A stretch of DNA of 36,448 bases from NCBI GenBank assembly GCA_946562005.1, contig CAMNVD010000003.1, positions 1-36,448 of the forward strand, read 5' to 3'. A program made the position numbers and the translations under genes. Positions 9,383-18,510 of this stretch are shown one piece after another. This DNA is from an uncultured Clostridia bacterium (lineage in GTDB: Bacteria; Bacillota; Dehalobacteriia; UBA4068; JAAVYR01). Below the pieces are notes generated by a model that had not been told where the DNA came from, searched no databases, and worked only from the letters and a program-made list of their open reading frames with translations. The stretch's first letter is position 1. Every line of letters begins with the position of its first letter.

Positions 9383-9771
9383 TACCGAAAACAGATATGG
9401 ACATGGTAACCTTAAAAACACAAATCCAGTCCAGCGCCACTTATTATCTGGATAAGGAAAACGGAAGAATCCGAGGCGCTGTAGATAAGTTGGAAGCAAT
9501 GAAGCAGGCTATTTATCTCATTCTTCATTCAAAAAGATATGCGCACCTTATTTATTCCTGGAACTACGGTACAGAACTACGAGACCTGATAGGGGGCAAT
9601 AAAGCATATGTATTGCCGGAGATAAAGCGCTGCATTACCGAAGCGCTCCTCCAGGACGACCGTATCACAGAAGTGGATAACTTTGTCTTTGAGACACGTG
9701 GAGCAAAAGTCCATGTGTCTTTTACGGTTCATACCATTTTTGGTGAGATAGCAGAGGAGGTGAATATTTAA
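9379..9771 (+). CDS. xkdS: Baseplate wedge/sheath initiator (XkdS/DUF2634-like)
   Basis: EAMKQAIYLIL, IYSWNYGTEL, ITEALLQDDRI and FTVHTIFG motifs. Confidence 0.85.
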   Translation: MIPKTDMDMVTLKTQIQSSATYYLDKENGRIRGAVDKLEAMKQAIYLILHSKRYAHLIYSWNYGTELRDLIGGNKAYVLPEIKRCITEALLQDDRITEVDNFVFETRGAKVHVSFTVHTIFGEIAEEVNI

Positions 9772-10829
9772 TGTATGAAAATAAAACCTATGAAATCATT
9801 CTACGGGAGAAGTTAGCACGGGTAGCCGACAGCCTGGATAAGCGGGAGGGCTCTATCATCTATGACGCCTTGGCGCCGAACTCTTTAGAGAGTGCCATGA
9901 TTTATGCGGCGCTGGATGCTGTCCTTAATGAAACGTTTCCTGATACGGCAAGCAGGGAATACTTGATTCGTCGTTGTGCAGAACGGGGCATCAAGCCCTA
10001 TGTTGCCACAACGGCTCTGGGTATTGGTGAATTTAATGTGGCGGTACCGCTAGGCAGCCGTTTTTCCTGTGGCAAATACAACTGGGTGGTGACGGAACAA
10101 ATAGACACAACACAGTTTTATCTCACTTGTGAGACGGCAGGGGCAGACCCTAACGGCTACACGGGAACGCTTATTCCTATTGATTACATCGAGGGGTTAA
10201 CCATGGCGGCGCTCGTTTCTATTGCTATTAACGGTGAAGATGAAGAGGATACGGAATCTTTGCGGCTGCGCTACTTAAACAGCTTTCACGGGCAGTCTTA
10301 TGGCTTTAACCGTGCTCAGTATGTAGAAGTGGTGGAGGCTCTTCCTGGTGTAGGCGGTTGTAAACCATACCGGGCCTGGAATGGTCCGGGAACGGTGAAG
10401 CTAGTCATTACTGACAGTGAGTATGGTGTGCCATCAACAGAACTGATTGATTCTGTGCAAACTGCCATGGACCCGATTCAGAACAGCGGTGAAGGTGTGG
10501 GACTGGCGCCTATCGACCATGAAGTAACGGTAGCAGGTGTGGCTGCAAGCGCAATCAATATTGCAACCTCTCTTACCTTTGCGTCTGGTTGGACCTTGGA
10601 AGAAGCTTTGCCTTACATCCAACAAGCTATTGATGACTATTTTGACGAGTTAAACGTTACTTGGGCAAGAGAAGAAAATCTCTTAGTGCGGATTTCTCAG
10701 ATTGAATACCGGTTGCTTGCGCTTGCCGGGGTGGTGGATATTAGTGGTACCACCTTAAATGGCAGCACTGGTAATCTTCTGCTGGATAAAAATGCTATTG
10801 CCGTAAGGGGGACTTTTACCAATGAATAA
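9771..10829 (+). CDS. xkdT: Baseplate J-like protein (XkdT)
   Basis: DKREGSIIYDALAP, GEDEEDTESLRLRY, WNGPGTVKLVI and GLAPIDHEVTV motifs. Confidence 0.92.
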   Translation: MYENKTYEIILREKLARVADSLDKREGSIIYDALAPNSLESAMIYAALDAVLNETFPDTASREYLIRRCAERGIKPYVATTALGIGEFNVAVPLGSRFSCGKYNWVVTEQIDTTQFYLTCETAGADPNGYTGTLIPIDYIEGLTMAALVSIAINGEDEEDTESLRLRYLNSFHGQSYGFNRAQYVEVVEALPGVGGCKPYRAWNGPGTVKLVITDSEYGVPSTELIDSVQTAMDPIQNSGEGVGLAPIDHEVTVAGVAASAINIATSLTFASGWTLEEALPYIQQAIDDYFDELNVTWAREENLLVRISQIEYRLLALAGVVDISGTTLNGSTGNLLLDKNAIAVRGTFTNE

Positions 10830-11382
10830 TTTTAACACAGCTAGAACTATTGATTTATTGGGGTATTTGCCGGATGTGTTAAAAGATACTAAGGAAATGC
10901 AGGCCATTATGGCGGCAGAAATGCCGGAAATCCAGGCTCTTTGGCAGGCTTGTGAGGATGTGCTAAACGACCAATTCATTGTGGAAGCGACAGAAAACGG
11001 CGTGGCACGCCGAGAAAAGATGCTTGGTATATCTCCTTTTGCAACAGATACCTTAGATGATAGAAAATTCCGCATTTTGAGCCGCTATAATGAGCAGCTG
11101 CCTTATACGCGGCAAAGCCTTAGGCAACGGCTAGCCACTCTTTGCGGCGAAGATGGCTATAGTATAGAATTTCTCACCAAAGATTTTACGGTGAAAGTGA
11201 AAGTGGAATTGACTGTTAAAAAGCAGGAGGCAGCAGTTGGGGAAATGCTGGAGCGAGTGTTGCCTTATAATATGGCGTTTACCGTGGAGCTATTGTACAA
11301 CCAATGGCAAATGTTGGAAGATAGCACCTGGGAAGCTTTTGCTTCCAAAACTTGGAATGAAATACGAGAGGAGGTTTTATAA
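10822..11382 (+). CDS. xkdU: Baseplate wedge protein (XkdU/DUF2313-like)
   Basis: Follows baseplate J; GVARREKMLGI...DTLDDRKFRIL...LPYT motif. Confidence 0.85.
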   Translation: MNNFNTARTIDLLGYLPDVLKDTKEMQAIMAAEMPEIQALWQACEDVLNDQFIVEATENGVARREKMLGISPFATDTLDDRKFRILSRYNEQLPYTRQSLRQRLATLCGEDGYSIEFLTKDFTVKVKVELTVKKQEAAVGEMLERVLPYNMAFTVELLYNQWQMLEDSTWEAFASKTWNEIREEVL

Positions 11383-13506
11383 ATGGCGGATTATACGAAA
11401 AATTACAACTTAAAAAAGCCCTCCCCCGAGGACTTTGTGGATATTGCCGACATCAACGGCAATATGGATAAGATAGATGAGGCGTTACAGGAATGTAAAG
11501 ATAGTCTTTTAAGCAAAGAAGACAAAGAAAGGCTTGACACATTGCTGAATCCTGCTGATGAAGATATCCTTTTTGCTGTGCCAGGCGAAGATGGTGATAA
11601 TGCCATAGAAGTGAAAAAAGACAAAGAAACAGTTATCCGGAATAATCTTAATGTGGGAGAGGATAACCTTGTTTATGGGAAAGGCGCTGTTGTCGAAGGA
11701 CGAAAATCTATAGCTGTACCAGGCACGCTATATAATATTATAAGTTCTGATATTGAAAACAACCAGATTACCCTAGAAAACCCTTTATCTGCTAATGAAA
11801 TAGGGCGAAAGGTTATTCTCCATGCTACATCTGCTGCTAGAATTCCAGTGGAAGTAGAAATTTTAGGGATAGATGAAACTGGTCAAATTGTTACTGTATC
11901 AGAGTTAGCATATTCTTATAATAAATTGCTTTTACCTACAACAATCAGTACAAGCAGCTTTAATTATACAGCTCATGCAGAGGGTTCTAAAACCATTGCC
12001 TGTGGGATTACCGGTAGTCACGCAGAGGGGCGGCGAACAATTGCAAGTGGTATCAATGCTCATGCGGAAAATTTTGCTACAGAAGCAAGGGGGAGTTATT
12101 CTCACGCTGAAGGATATTATACGAAGGCAAATGGAGGCTATCAGCACGTACAAGGGAAGTATAACATTGAAGATACGGAAAGCAAGTATGCGGATATTGT
12201 TGGTAACGGCTCATCGGAAAGCAGTCGCTCTAATGCTTATACCTTAGACTGGAATGGTAACGGTTGGTATGCTGGAGATGTGGAAAGCGCTGTCGGTGGG
12301 AAGCTTAGTGAAAAGGCGGATAAAATTTATGTTGACAGTGCGGTTGCTAATTTAGGGCAAGCCGGAATAAAATTTACCAATGTTACAATTGGCGGGAAAA
12401 TGCAAAAAGCGAGTTCTCCATCGGTTTTAAGTGAGAGTCGAAGCGAACCTGCTACAACGTCAATTGGTAATTATGCCTTATTCGGAGGGGGTGGAGGTAG
12501 TTCATCGGTGGTAGATGTGTATAATACCAGTTTGAGTAGAAGCACACCAACCCCATTAAGTGTGGGAAGAAGTGAATTAGCGTCTACAACAGTTGGAAAT
12601 TATGCCTTGTTTGCGGGAGGTTATGCCAGTGCCGCCTCTGCAGTAGTGGATGCATATAATGCCAGTTTAAGCAGAAGCACTCCAGCGCCTTTAGCAACTG
12701 CTAAACGTTCTATGCTAGGGGGAACTATTGGAAATTATGCACTGTTTGCTGGTGGGAGCGCGACAACTATTGATGCTTATAATACCAGCTTAACTAAAAT
12801 AACAGTTACGGATTTAAGCCGAATGGCATCGAATAGTAGTGCTGTAACAGCTGTTGGTAATTATGTTCTTTTTAATAGTAGCTATTACAATAGTGGCCCA
12901 TGGTATACTCAAGTAGATGCTTATAATACAAGCGTTACTAAAACCTTGTTGGATGCTTATGAGGCAGGGTGGTCGGAATCAGCTGCGACAACGATTGGTG
13001 GCTATGCTTTATTTGCCGGAGGTTATCATCAGTCTTCTATCTTTACTGCAAATATATATGTTTATGATGCTGGTTTAACAAGAACAATGCCTACTCAATT
13101 AAGTAAGGCAAGGGAATTTATGGGCGCAACAACTGTTGGCGGATTTGCTTTGTTTGCGGGTGGTAGCAGTGGTAGGGGAAGCGCTACCACTTATTATGAT
13201 GTTGTGGATATTTATAATGAAAATTTAACAAAATCAGTTGGCTCAAGTTTAAAAGAAAAAAGGAATCATCTCGTAGGCGGAACTGTTGGCAGTTATGCCC
13301 TATTTGCCTATAGTGATGGCACCTTTGATACTTACAAAGAGATTGTTGCCGAACTTGCTATACCTGCTTTTAGTAAATACTATTTTACCGGGGTTACAAC
13401 AAGTGAGCAAACAACTATTAAAGGAAGAACGATTACCAGTAGTATTCCGTTAACTGGATATATCAAAAAAATTACAGAATTAAGCGGCATGATAACCGCA
13501 AATTAA
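11383..13506 (+). CDS. Tail fibre / receptor-binding protein with HAEG repeats and seven Kelch-like repeats
   Basis: N-terminal TKNYNLKKP...DINGNMDKID baseplate anchor; (S/A)HAEG repeats; seven repeats of the type (V/I)GNYALFAGG...VDAYN. Confidence 0.85.
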   Translation: MADYTKNYNLKKPSPEDFVDIADINGNMDKIDEALQECKDSLLSKEDKERLDTLLNPADEDILFAVPGEDGDNAIEVKKDKETVIRNNLNVGEDNLVYGKGAVVEGRKSIAVPGTLYNIISSDIENNQITLENPLSANEIGRKVILHATSAARIPVEVEILGIDETGQIVTVSELAYSYNKLLLPTTISTSSFNYTAHAEGSKTIACGITGSHAEGRRTIASGINAHAENFATEARGSYSHAEGYYTKANGGYQHVQGKYNIEDTESKYADIVGNGSSESSRSNAYTLDWNGNGWYAGDVESAVGGKLSEKADKIYVDSAVANLGQAGIKFTNVTIGGKMQKASSPSVLSESRSEPATTSIGNYALFGGGGGSSSVVDVYNTSLSRSTPTPLSVGRSELASTTVGNYALFAGGYASAASAVVDAYNASLSRSTPAPLATAKRSMLGGTIGNYALFAGGSATTIDAYNTSLTKITVTDLSRMASNSSAVTAVGNYVLFNSSYYNSGPWYTQVDAYNTSVTKTLLDAYEAGWSESAATTIGGYALFAGGYHQSSIFTANIYVYDAGLTRTMPTQLSKAREFMGATTVGGFALFAGGSSGRGSATTYYDVVDIYNENLTKSVGSSLKEKRNHLVGGTVGSYALFAYSDGTFDTYKEIVAELAIPAFSKYYFTGVTTSEQTTIKGRTITSSIPLTGYIKKITELSGMITAN

Positions 13507-13519
13507 GGAGGAAAAGAAA

Positions 13520-13876
13520 ATGAGTAGATATGCAATTTGGAACAAACAAGATTCTATTATCACCCCGATTGGGGAAGTATTAACAGCCCAGCAGTGGAAG
13601 GAACGCTACCCTGTAGCCGGTGTAGACAGTATCAAAGTGGTATGCGCAGCCGGGGAAATCAACGGCGCCTTCTTTGGTACGCTGGGGCAAATGGTAGATA
13701 TGTATAGTAATCAGGGGTGCGACTTTTCTGCTTGCGTGACAGATGAGGACAAGCTGGCAGCGATTGAAGCCTTTGAAGATGAAATGAATAAACCAGACGA
13801 TACGCCAAGCGCAGAAGAACGAATTGCCGCTGCTATGGAGTACCAAGTAATGGCCACATTACCGGATGCGGAATAA
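13520..13876 (+). CDS. Putative tail fibre assembly protein
   Basis: 118 aa directly after the fibre; AAGGAGG RBS; C-terminal PSAEERIAAAMEY. Confidence 0.6.
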   Translation: MSRYAIWNKQDSIITPIGEVLTAQQWKERYPVAGVDSIKVVCAAGEINGAFFGTLGQMVDMYSNQGCDFSACVTDEDKLAAIEAFEDEMNKPDDTPSAEERIAAAMEYQVMATLPDAE

Positions 13877-13892
13877 GAAAGGAGAAATAGGA

Positions 13893-14027
13893 ATGAACTT
13901 TGTAACCATTAAACGAAACTTTGATAAAGGATTATGGAATCTGGCTATGGTGAAAATGGCAGTAAGGAAGGGCATTATTTCTGCCGAGCAATATGCTGAA
14001 ATCACCGGGGAATCCTATACAAACTAA
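13893..14027 (+). CDS. xkdX: XkdX-like small protein (44 aa, not in ORF track)
   Basis: AAGGAG RBS; MNFVTIKRNFDKGLWNLAMVKMAVRKGIISAEQYAEITGESYTN fits the XkdX pattern. Confidence 0.8.
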   Translation: MNFVTIKRNFDKGLWNLAMVKMAVRKGIISAEQYAEITGESYTN

Positions 14028-14166
14028 CCCATTTGTACAATAAAAACATAGAAAAATAGATATAAGAAAACACCTGCTACACGAGCTAAAATAAAGTGTT
14101 TTAAGCGTTGTGTTTTAGGGGTGGCAGGTGTTTTCTATATGGATAATGGATAAAGGAGGCGTGATA

Positions 14167-14577
14167 TTGCGAGAATGTGTTTGTAGTTTATTGGGCGCAT
14201 TAGGCGCCGCTATTTCATATTTATTTGGGGGCTGGGATACGGCCATGATGACCTTACTGCTTTTTATGGGTATTGACTATGTTTGTGGTTTGGTTGTAGC
14301 AGGCTTTTTTAAGAATTCTCCTAAAACGGAAAGCGGTGCATTGGAATCTAGAGCTGGCTGGAAGGGGTTATGTAGAAAGGGTATGACCCTTTTGATCGTG
14401 TTGGTGGCTTATCGTCTGGATTTGATGATGGAAACTGCCATCGTAAAGGATGGTGTGGTGATTGCTTTTTTAGCAAATGAGGTGATTTCCATTATTGAAA
14501 ATGCAGGCCTAATGGGAGTGCCGATTCCTGCTGTGATTACCAATGCCATTGATATGCTAAATAAAAAAGTAGAATAA
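14167..14577 (+). CDS. Phage holin (toxin secretion/phage lysis holin type)
   Basis: LFGGWD, IDYVCGL, LESRAGWKGLCRK and NEVISIIENAGLMGVPIP motifs; AGGAGG before TTG 14167. Confidence 0.9.
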   Translation: MRECVCSLLGALGAAISYLFGGWDTAMMTLLLFMGIDYVCGLVVAGFFKNSPKTESGALESRAGWKGLCRKGMTLLIVLVAYRLDLMMETAIVKDGVVIAFLANEVISIIENAGLMGVPIPAVITNAIDMLNKKVE

Positions 14578-14640
14578 AAATAAAAAGATGGTGAATCACG
14601 CAAGCAAATATGTGGTAAAATAAGTATAGATGGAAATAGG

Positions 14641-14678
14641 AAAAGCACCCAAGGCAGTAGAGCCGGGGGTGCTTTTTT
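14641..14678 (+). terminator. Terminator-like hairpin between holin and lysin
   Basis: AAAAGCACCC...GGGTGCTTTTTT. Confidence 0.6.
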
Positions 14679-14702
14679 CTATGGAGAAAAGGAGGTGAGA
14701 AT

Positions 14703-15281
14703 ATGACATTACCATATGAAGGGAAAATCCGGGTAACGAAACTCTATGGTACACCGCCGCCTAAAGGCTTTACCTATGCGGCAGGGAAACATAGCGGTAT
14801 GGACCTTGTAGGGGTGAATAGTAAAAATGTCCGGGCTGTTGCAGCAGGGACAGTGATTCGTTCTGGCTATGACCCTAGTGGCTGGGGTAACTATGTGGTT
14901 ATCTCTCAAGTGGATGGCTATAGCTGCATCTATGCTCATTTAAATAAACGAAATGTGGTAGTAGATGAAAAAGTCCAGGCTGGGCAGATTCTGGGTATAG
15001 AGGGCAATACCGGCAATGTAACCGGTAGCCACCTGCACTTGGAGCTAAGGAAAGTCTATGCGGACCGAATGACGACTATAGACCCGGCAGAGTACTTAAA
15101 GATTAAGAAAAAGACAGGAGACTTGGAAATGGAAAAAGACACGAATGCTGTAAGCGACTGGGCGAAGGAAGCCTGGGCTTGGGCAAAAGAAAAAGAGCTC
15201 TTGGATGGCACTCGTCCTCAGGAGCCTATTACCCGAGAAGAAATGGCGGTAGTTCTGGAGCGGTTGGCTGCTGCAAACTAG
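14703..15281 (+). CDS. Endolysin: M23 peptidase with C-terminal SLH-like domain
   Basis: HSGMD, YAHL and HLHLE M23 motifs; WAKEAWAWA...RPQEPITREEMAVVL SLH-like tail. Confidence 0.88.
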   Translation: MTLPYEGKIRVTKLYGTPPPKGFTYAAGKHSGMDLVGVNSKNVRAVAAGTVIRSGYDPSGWGNYVVISQVDGYSCIYAHLNKRNVVVDEKVQAGQILGIEGNTGNVTGSHLHLELRKVYADRMTTIDPAEYLKIKKKTGDLEMEKDTNAVSDWAKEAWAWAKEKELLDGTRPQEPITREEMAVVLERLAAAN

Positions 15282-15382
15282 ATAAGATTTAGGTTATCCG
15301 GGAAGGTTGCGAGGCGAGCTGTATAGGTCTAGTTTTAGTTGTGTTTGTAAAAATATGGTTTTGCAAAAGATGAAAAATTTCC

Positions 15383-15411
15383 TTGACACCATTACCATGA
15401 AAGCTTATAAT
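15383..15411 (+). promoter_or_regulatory. Consensus sigmaA promoter for trpB2
   Basis: TTGACA-17bp-TATAAT. Confidence 0.85.
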
Positions 15412-15419
15412 GCAACTAA

Positions 15420-15706
15420 ACCAGAGAGAAAGTGTAAGTAGGCAAAGCAGGTACCTTACAGAGAGCCGCCGGCGGTGTGAGTGTGGCAGGGAGTGTTTCG
15501 CTGAATGGGCTTTTGAGGGCAATCCGAAATGGATGATAACATCATCTGTCAGTAGGTGCGACGGAGGGGCACTCCGTTATCAAGACCGGCGTATGTATGT
15601 ACGCGCAGAGGTGGACGCAAAAGATGATGCGTCAAGCCGGGTGGTACCGCAGAAGTGTATGTTAACGCTTTTGTCCCAGCATTTTATGGGGCAAAAGCGT
15701 TTTTTT
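15420..15706 (+). ncRNA. T-box riboswitch (Trp specifier)
   Basis: AGAGA and GGTGTGA stem I motifs, specifier GAA-TGG at 15506-15508, T-box AAGCCGGGTGGTACCGC at 15634-15650, terminator 15664-15706. Confidence 0.9.
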
Positions 15707-15763
15707 ATATTCTTTTCTCTATTTTGTCCCTTGAGAAAATATGAAACAAAGGAGAGACTGCAC

Positions 15764-17137
15764 ATGACAGAAAAGAAAATCCCTTATAAAATCTATCTAA
15801 CAGAAGAGGAAATGCCCAAACAATGGTATAATCTCCGGGCTGATATGCCTACCAAACCGGCGCCGCTTTTAAATCCTGCTACCTTAGAACCAATGACTGC
15901 CGCAGAGTTAGAAGGCGTATTCTGTAAAGAGTTAGTACGGCAAGAACTGGATAATGATACCCCTTATTTTGATATTCCTACGGAAATCCGTGATTTCTAT
16001 AAAATGTATCGTCCAGCGCCGCTGGTGCGGGCTTATTGCTTAGAGGAAAAACTGCAAACACCGGCAAAAATTTATTATAAATTTGAAGGCAACAACACTT
16101 CCGGTTCTCATAAGCTGAACTCTGCCATTGCTCAGGCTTATTATGCCAAGGCCCAGGGGCTCAAAGGGGTAACGACGGAAACCGGCGCCGGACAATGGGG
16201 AACGGCGCTTTCTATGGCTTGCGGTTACCTAGGTCTGGACTGCAAGGTATTTATGGTGAAATGCTCCTATGAACAAAAGCCATTCCGCCGTGAAGTCATG
16301 CGGGTACACGGTGCATCCGTGGTGCCATCTCCTTCAGAAAGCACAGAGGTAGGCCGGAAAATCTTAGCGGAGTTTCCCGGGACCACTGGTTCTCTGGGGT
16401 GCGCTATTAGTGAAGCAGTAGAAGTAGCGGTGAAAACGCCGGGTTATCGTTATGTATTAGGCAGTGTGCTTAATCAGGTATTACTTCATCAATCCATTAT
16501 TGGTCTGGAAGCAAAGCTAGCCCTAGATAAATATGATGTGAAGCCGGATATTATTATTGGCTGTGCTGGGGGCGGCAGCAATTTAGGCGGGCTCATTGCG
16601 CCTTTTATGGGGGAAAAATTAAGGGGCGAGGCAGATTATCGTTTCATTGTAGTAGAGCCGGCTTCCTGTCCATCCTTTACTCGTGGGGAATATCGCTATG
16701 ATTTCTGCGACACGGGAATGGTTTGTCCTCTTGCTAAAATGTATACTCTGGGTAGTAGCTTTATGCCGTCTGCCGACCATGCAGGGGGCTTACGTTTCCA
16801 CGGCATGAGTAGCACATTAAGTCAGCTTTATGCGGACGGCTATATGGAGGCTACTTCTGTCTGCCAAACAGAGGTGTTCCAAGCGGCGGAAGAATTTGCT
16901 CGGGTAGAGGGCATCCTGCCGGCGCCGGAATCTAGCCATGCCATCCTTGCAGCTATCAATGAAGCGAAGAAATGTAAAGAAACCGGTGAGGAAAAAACCA
17001 TTCTCTTTGGCCTGACGGGGACTGGTTACTTTGATTTTTTTGCTTATGAAAAATTCCATGATGGTGAAATGAAAAACTATATTCCTACCGATGAAGAAAT
17101 CGCAGCTTCGCTAGGAAAGCTACCAAAAGTAGAATAA
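15764..17137 (+). CDS. trpB2: TrpB-like PLP enzyme (tryptophan synthase beta chain 2)
   Basis: SGSHKLN PLP lysine, TETGAGQWG, GGGSN and PAPESSHA motifs; AAGGAG RBS before ATG 15764. Confidence 0.95.
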   Translation: MTEKKIPYKIYLTEEEMPKQWYNLRADMPTKPAPLLNPATLEPMTAAELEGVFCKELVRQELDNDTPYFDIPTEIRDFYKMYRPAPLVRAYCLEEKLQTPAKIYYKFEGNNTSGSHKLNSAIAQAYYAKAQGLKGVTTETGAGQWGTALSMACGYLGLDCKVFMVKCSYEQKPFRREVMRVHGASVVPSPSESTEVGRKILAEFPGTTGSLGCAISEAVEVAVKTPGYRYVLGSVLNQVLLHQSIIGLEAKLALDKYDVKPDIIIGCAGGGSNLGGLIAPFMGEKLRGEADYRFIVVEPASCPSFTRGEYRYDFCDTGMVCPLAKMYTLGSSFMPSADHAGGLRFHGMSSTLSQLYADGYMEATSVCQTEVFQAAEEFARVEGILPAPESSHAILAAINEAKKCKETGEEKTILFGLTGTGYFDFFAYEKFHDGEMKNYIPTDEEIAASLGKLPKVE

Positions 17138-17198
17138 AGAGATAACCGTACCTGAGGCGGTATGGGATAGGTTAGCGGGTAGACAGGGTCTTAGGGCC

Positions 17199-17211
17199 TA
17201 TGGTAAAATAA
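17199..17211 (+). repeat. attL core TATGGTAAAATAA
   Basis: Identical to 32288-32300; adjacent to the integrase 3' end; arm-like TTTGTTGCAAAT (17259 and 32176) and TTGAACTATT (17279 and 32277) occur at both ends. Confidence 0.85.
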
Positions 17212-17299
17212 AAACCAGCCCCCCAAAAAACCTTGATTTTATAAGGGATTTCGGGGGCTTTGTTGCAAATGTGTTACATTGAACTATTGAATTGAACAC

Positions 17300-18301
17300 C
17301 TAAATTGAAATCAGTTCAACGGTTGCCCGTAGTTCTTCTATTGTCTTGTGGTTATATACCCGGTTGCCCGTATCTTTGGAAGTATGCCCCATAAGTAAAT
17401 CAATGCAGCGGCGATTTCCCCCAGCAGCATCAAGCAAGGTTTCAAAGGTGTGGCGGCACTCATGCGGGGTGTGCTGCATTTCCAGCTTCCCCATGATTTC
17501 AGCCCATATTGCCCGGTAAGCGGTGGTTGAAATTGGCTTGCCATTTTGGGAGATCAGCCGGGGCGGGTTGCTGGCAAGGCGGGCTTCTATAAATCCCTTG
17601 ATTTTGGGGTGTATGGGAACAATGCGCCCTTTTCCGGCTTTCGTCTTTGTGCCGCCCTTCATAGTTCCGGCTTCAAGGTCAATATCTTCCGGGCGTAACG
17701 CCAACAGTTCAGAGATACGCCAACCGGAATATATGAAGATAAGCACGGTATCAATCCATTCTTCCACTTGGTGTTTCCATAACCGGGCAATTTCTTCATT
17801 GGTGAACGGTAGGCGGCTTGTGGGCGGGATAGGTTCAGAAGAAAGCAGATCAGAATAACGGCAGGACGATATATCCAGTTCAAGGGCGAATTTATCTAAA
17901 TGCCCCCAAAGGTTTTTGATTGCGCCTTGCGTGGAATAGCCCTTGCCGCAACTATCAATAATATCTTGCATATGATAGGCTTTGATTTGTCTGTATGGCA
18001 TACTGCTTAATGGGGCGCAGTATTTGAAGGCTGATTTCAGGGAACTTTGGTTTGACTTACCCAATTTTGGGGCTTTCTTCTCTTGCCAAAGGTCAAACAA
18101 TTCTTGCAGCGTGATTTTCACCTTGTCAATATCCCACGGGTTGGCGTTGTACGCCGCCAACATTGCAAGCCCTTCTTCCCGGCTTGCCGCATAGCCGATA
18201 ATGGCACAACCCCCGCCTTCGTCTGTTTTCCGCACGATATACGGGCGGCGGCGTTTTCCTGATAGTTTGCTGATTGATCCGTATTTGTTGGGTAGCTTCA
18301 T
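17300..18301 (-). CDS. int: Tyrosine integrase
   Basis: MKLPNKYGSI arm-binding N-terminus; catalytic R (GWRISE), HECRH, LMGH, Y (VYNH); AGAAAGGA RBS before ATG 18301. Confidence 0.95.
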   Translation of the reverse strand: MKLPNKYGSISKLSGKRRRPYIVRKTDEGGGCAIIGYAASREEGLAMLAAYNANPWDIDKVKITLQELFDLWQEKKAPKLGKSNQSSLKSAFKYCAPLSSMPYRQIKAYHMQDIIDSCGKGYSTQGAIKNLWGHLDKFALELDISSCRYSDLLSSEPIPPTSRLPFTNEEIARLWKHQVEEWIDTVLIFIYSGWRISELLALRPEDIDLEAGTMKGGTKTKAGKGRIVPIHPKIKGFIEARLASNPPRLISQNGKPISTTAYRAIWAEIMGKLEMQHTPHECRHTFETLLDAAGGNRRCIDLLMGHTSKDTGNRVYNHKTIEELRATVELISI

Positions 18302-18315
18302 TGTACCGTCCTTTC

Positions 18316-18434
18316 TTGACTTCTGAACCAAAGAACGGTATAATAACAATAGCCATTCAATGATTCTTTGATCGGGTTCGTTGTTTGGTGCTTCGGAAAT
18401 CCTCTGGTATTGCAGTACCGGGGGATTTTCTTTT
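18316..18434 (+). ncRNA. Putative antisense sRNA to the integrase leader
   Basis: TTGACT-17bp-TATAAT at 18316-18344, then ~85 nt ending in hairpin GAAATCCTCTGGTA...TACCGGGGGATTTTC plus T-tract. Confidence 0.5.
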
Positions 18435-18510
18435 ACCTGAATACTCCCCGCTATCACTTGCAGATGATTAGCGGGCGTTTAAGCCGTTGCCCTTTGCAGA
18501 GGGTGGCGGC

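Larger units (their letters stand above)
1213..15281 (+). mobile_element. Headless contractile phage tail-like element (R-type tailocin, PBSX/diffocin-like)
   Basis: Repressor, activator, complete sheath/tube/TMP/baseplate/fibre module, holin and lysin; no capsid, portal, terminase, integrase or replication gene between the flanking genes. Confidence 0.85.

Noticed and set aside
11383-14100. Diversity-generating retroelement or invertase shufflon acting on the tail fibre
   Set aside because: No reverse transcriptase, invertase or duplicated template region in the window; the repeats are protein-level only
14611-14623. TGTGGTAAAATAA, a 12/13 match to the satellite att core
   Set aside because: Explained as a generic extended -10; no arm-type sites nearby, though it could be a secondary target
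1143-14680. Shared AAAAGCACC...GGTGCTTTTTTCT at 1143 and 14641 as att sites of the tail element
   Set aside because: Both are terminator stems with different loops, the second excludes the lysin, and there is no integrase
15410-15763. 118-aa N-terminal extension of TrpB2 in the ORF track
   Set aside because: This is the T-box leader; the RBS and family N-terminus point to ATG 15764
18302-18457. N-terminal extension of the integrase in the ORF track
   Set aside because: RBS and typical MKLPN start are at 18301; the extension overlaps a promoter and terminator
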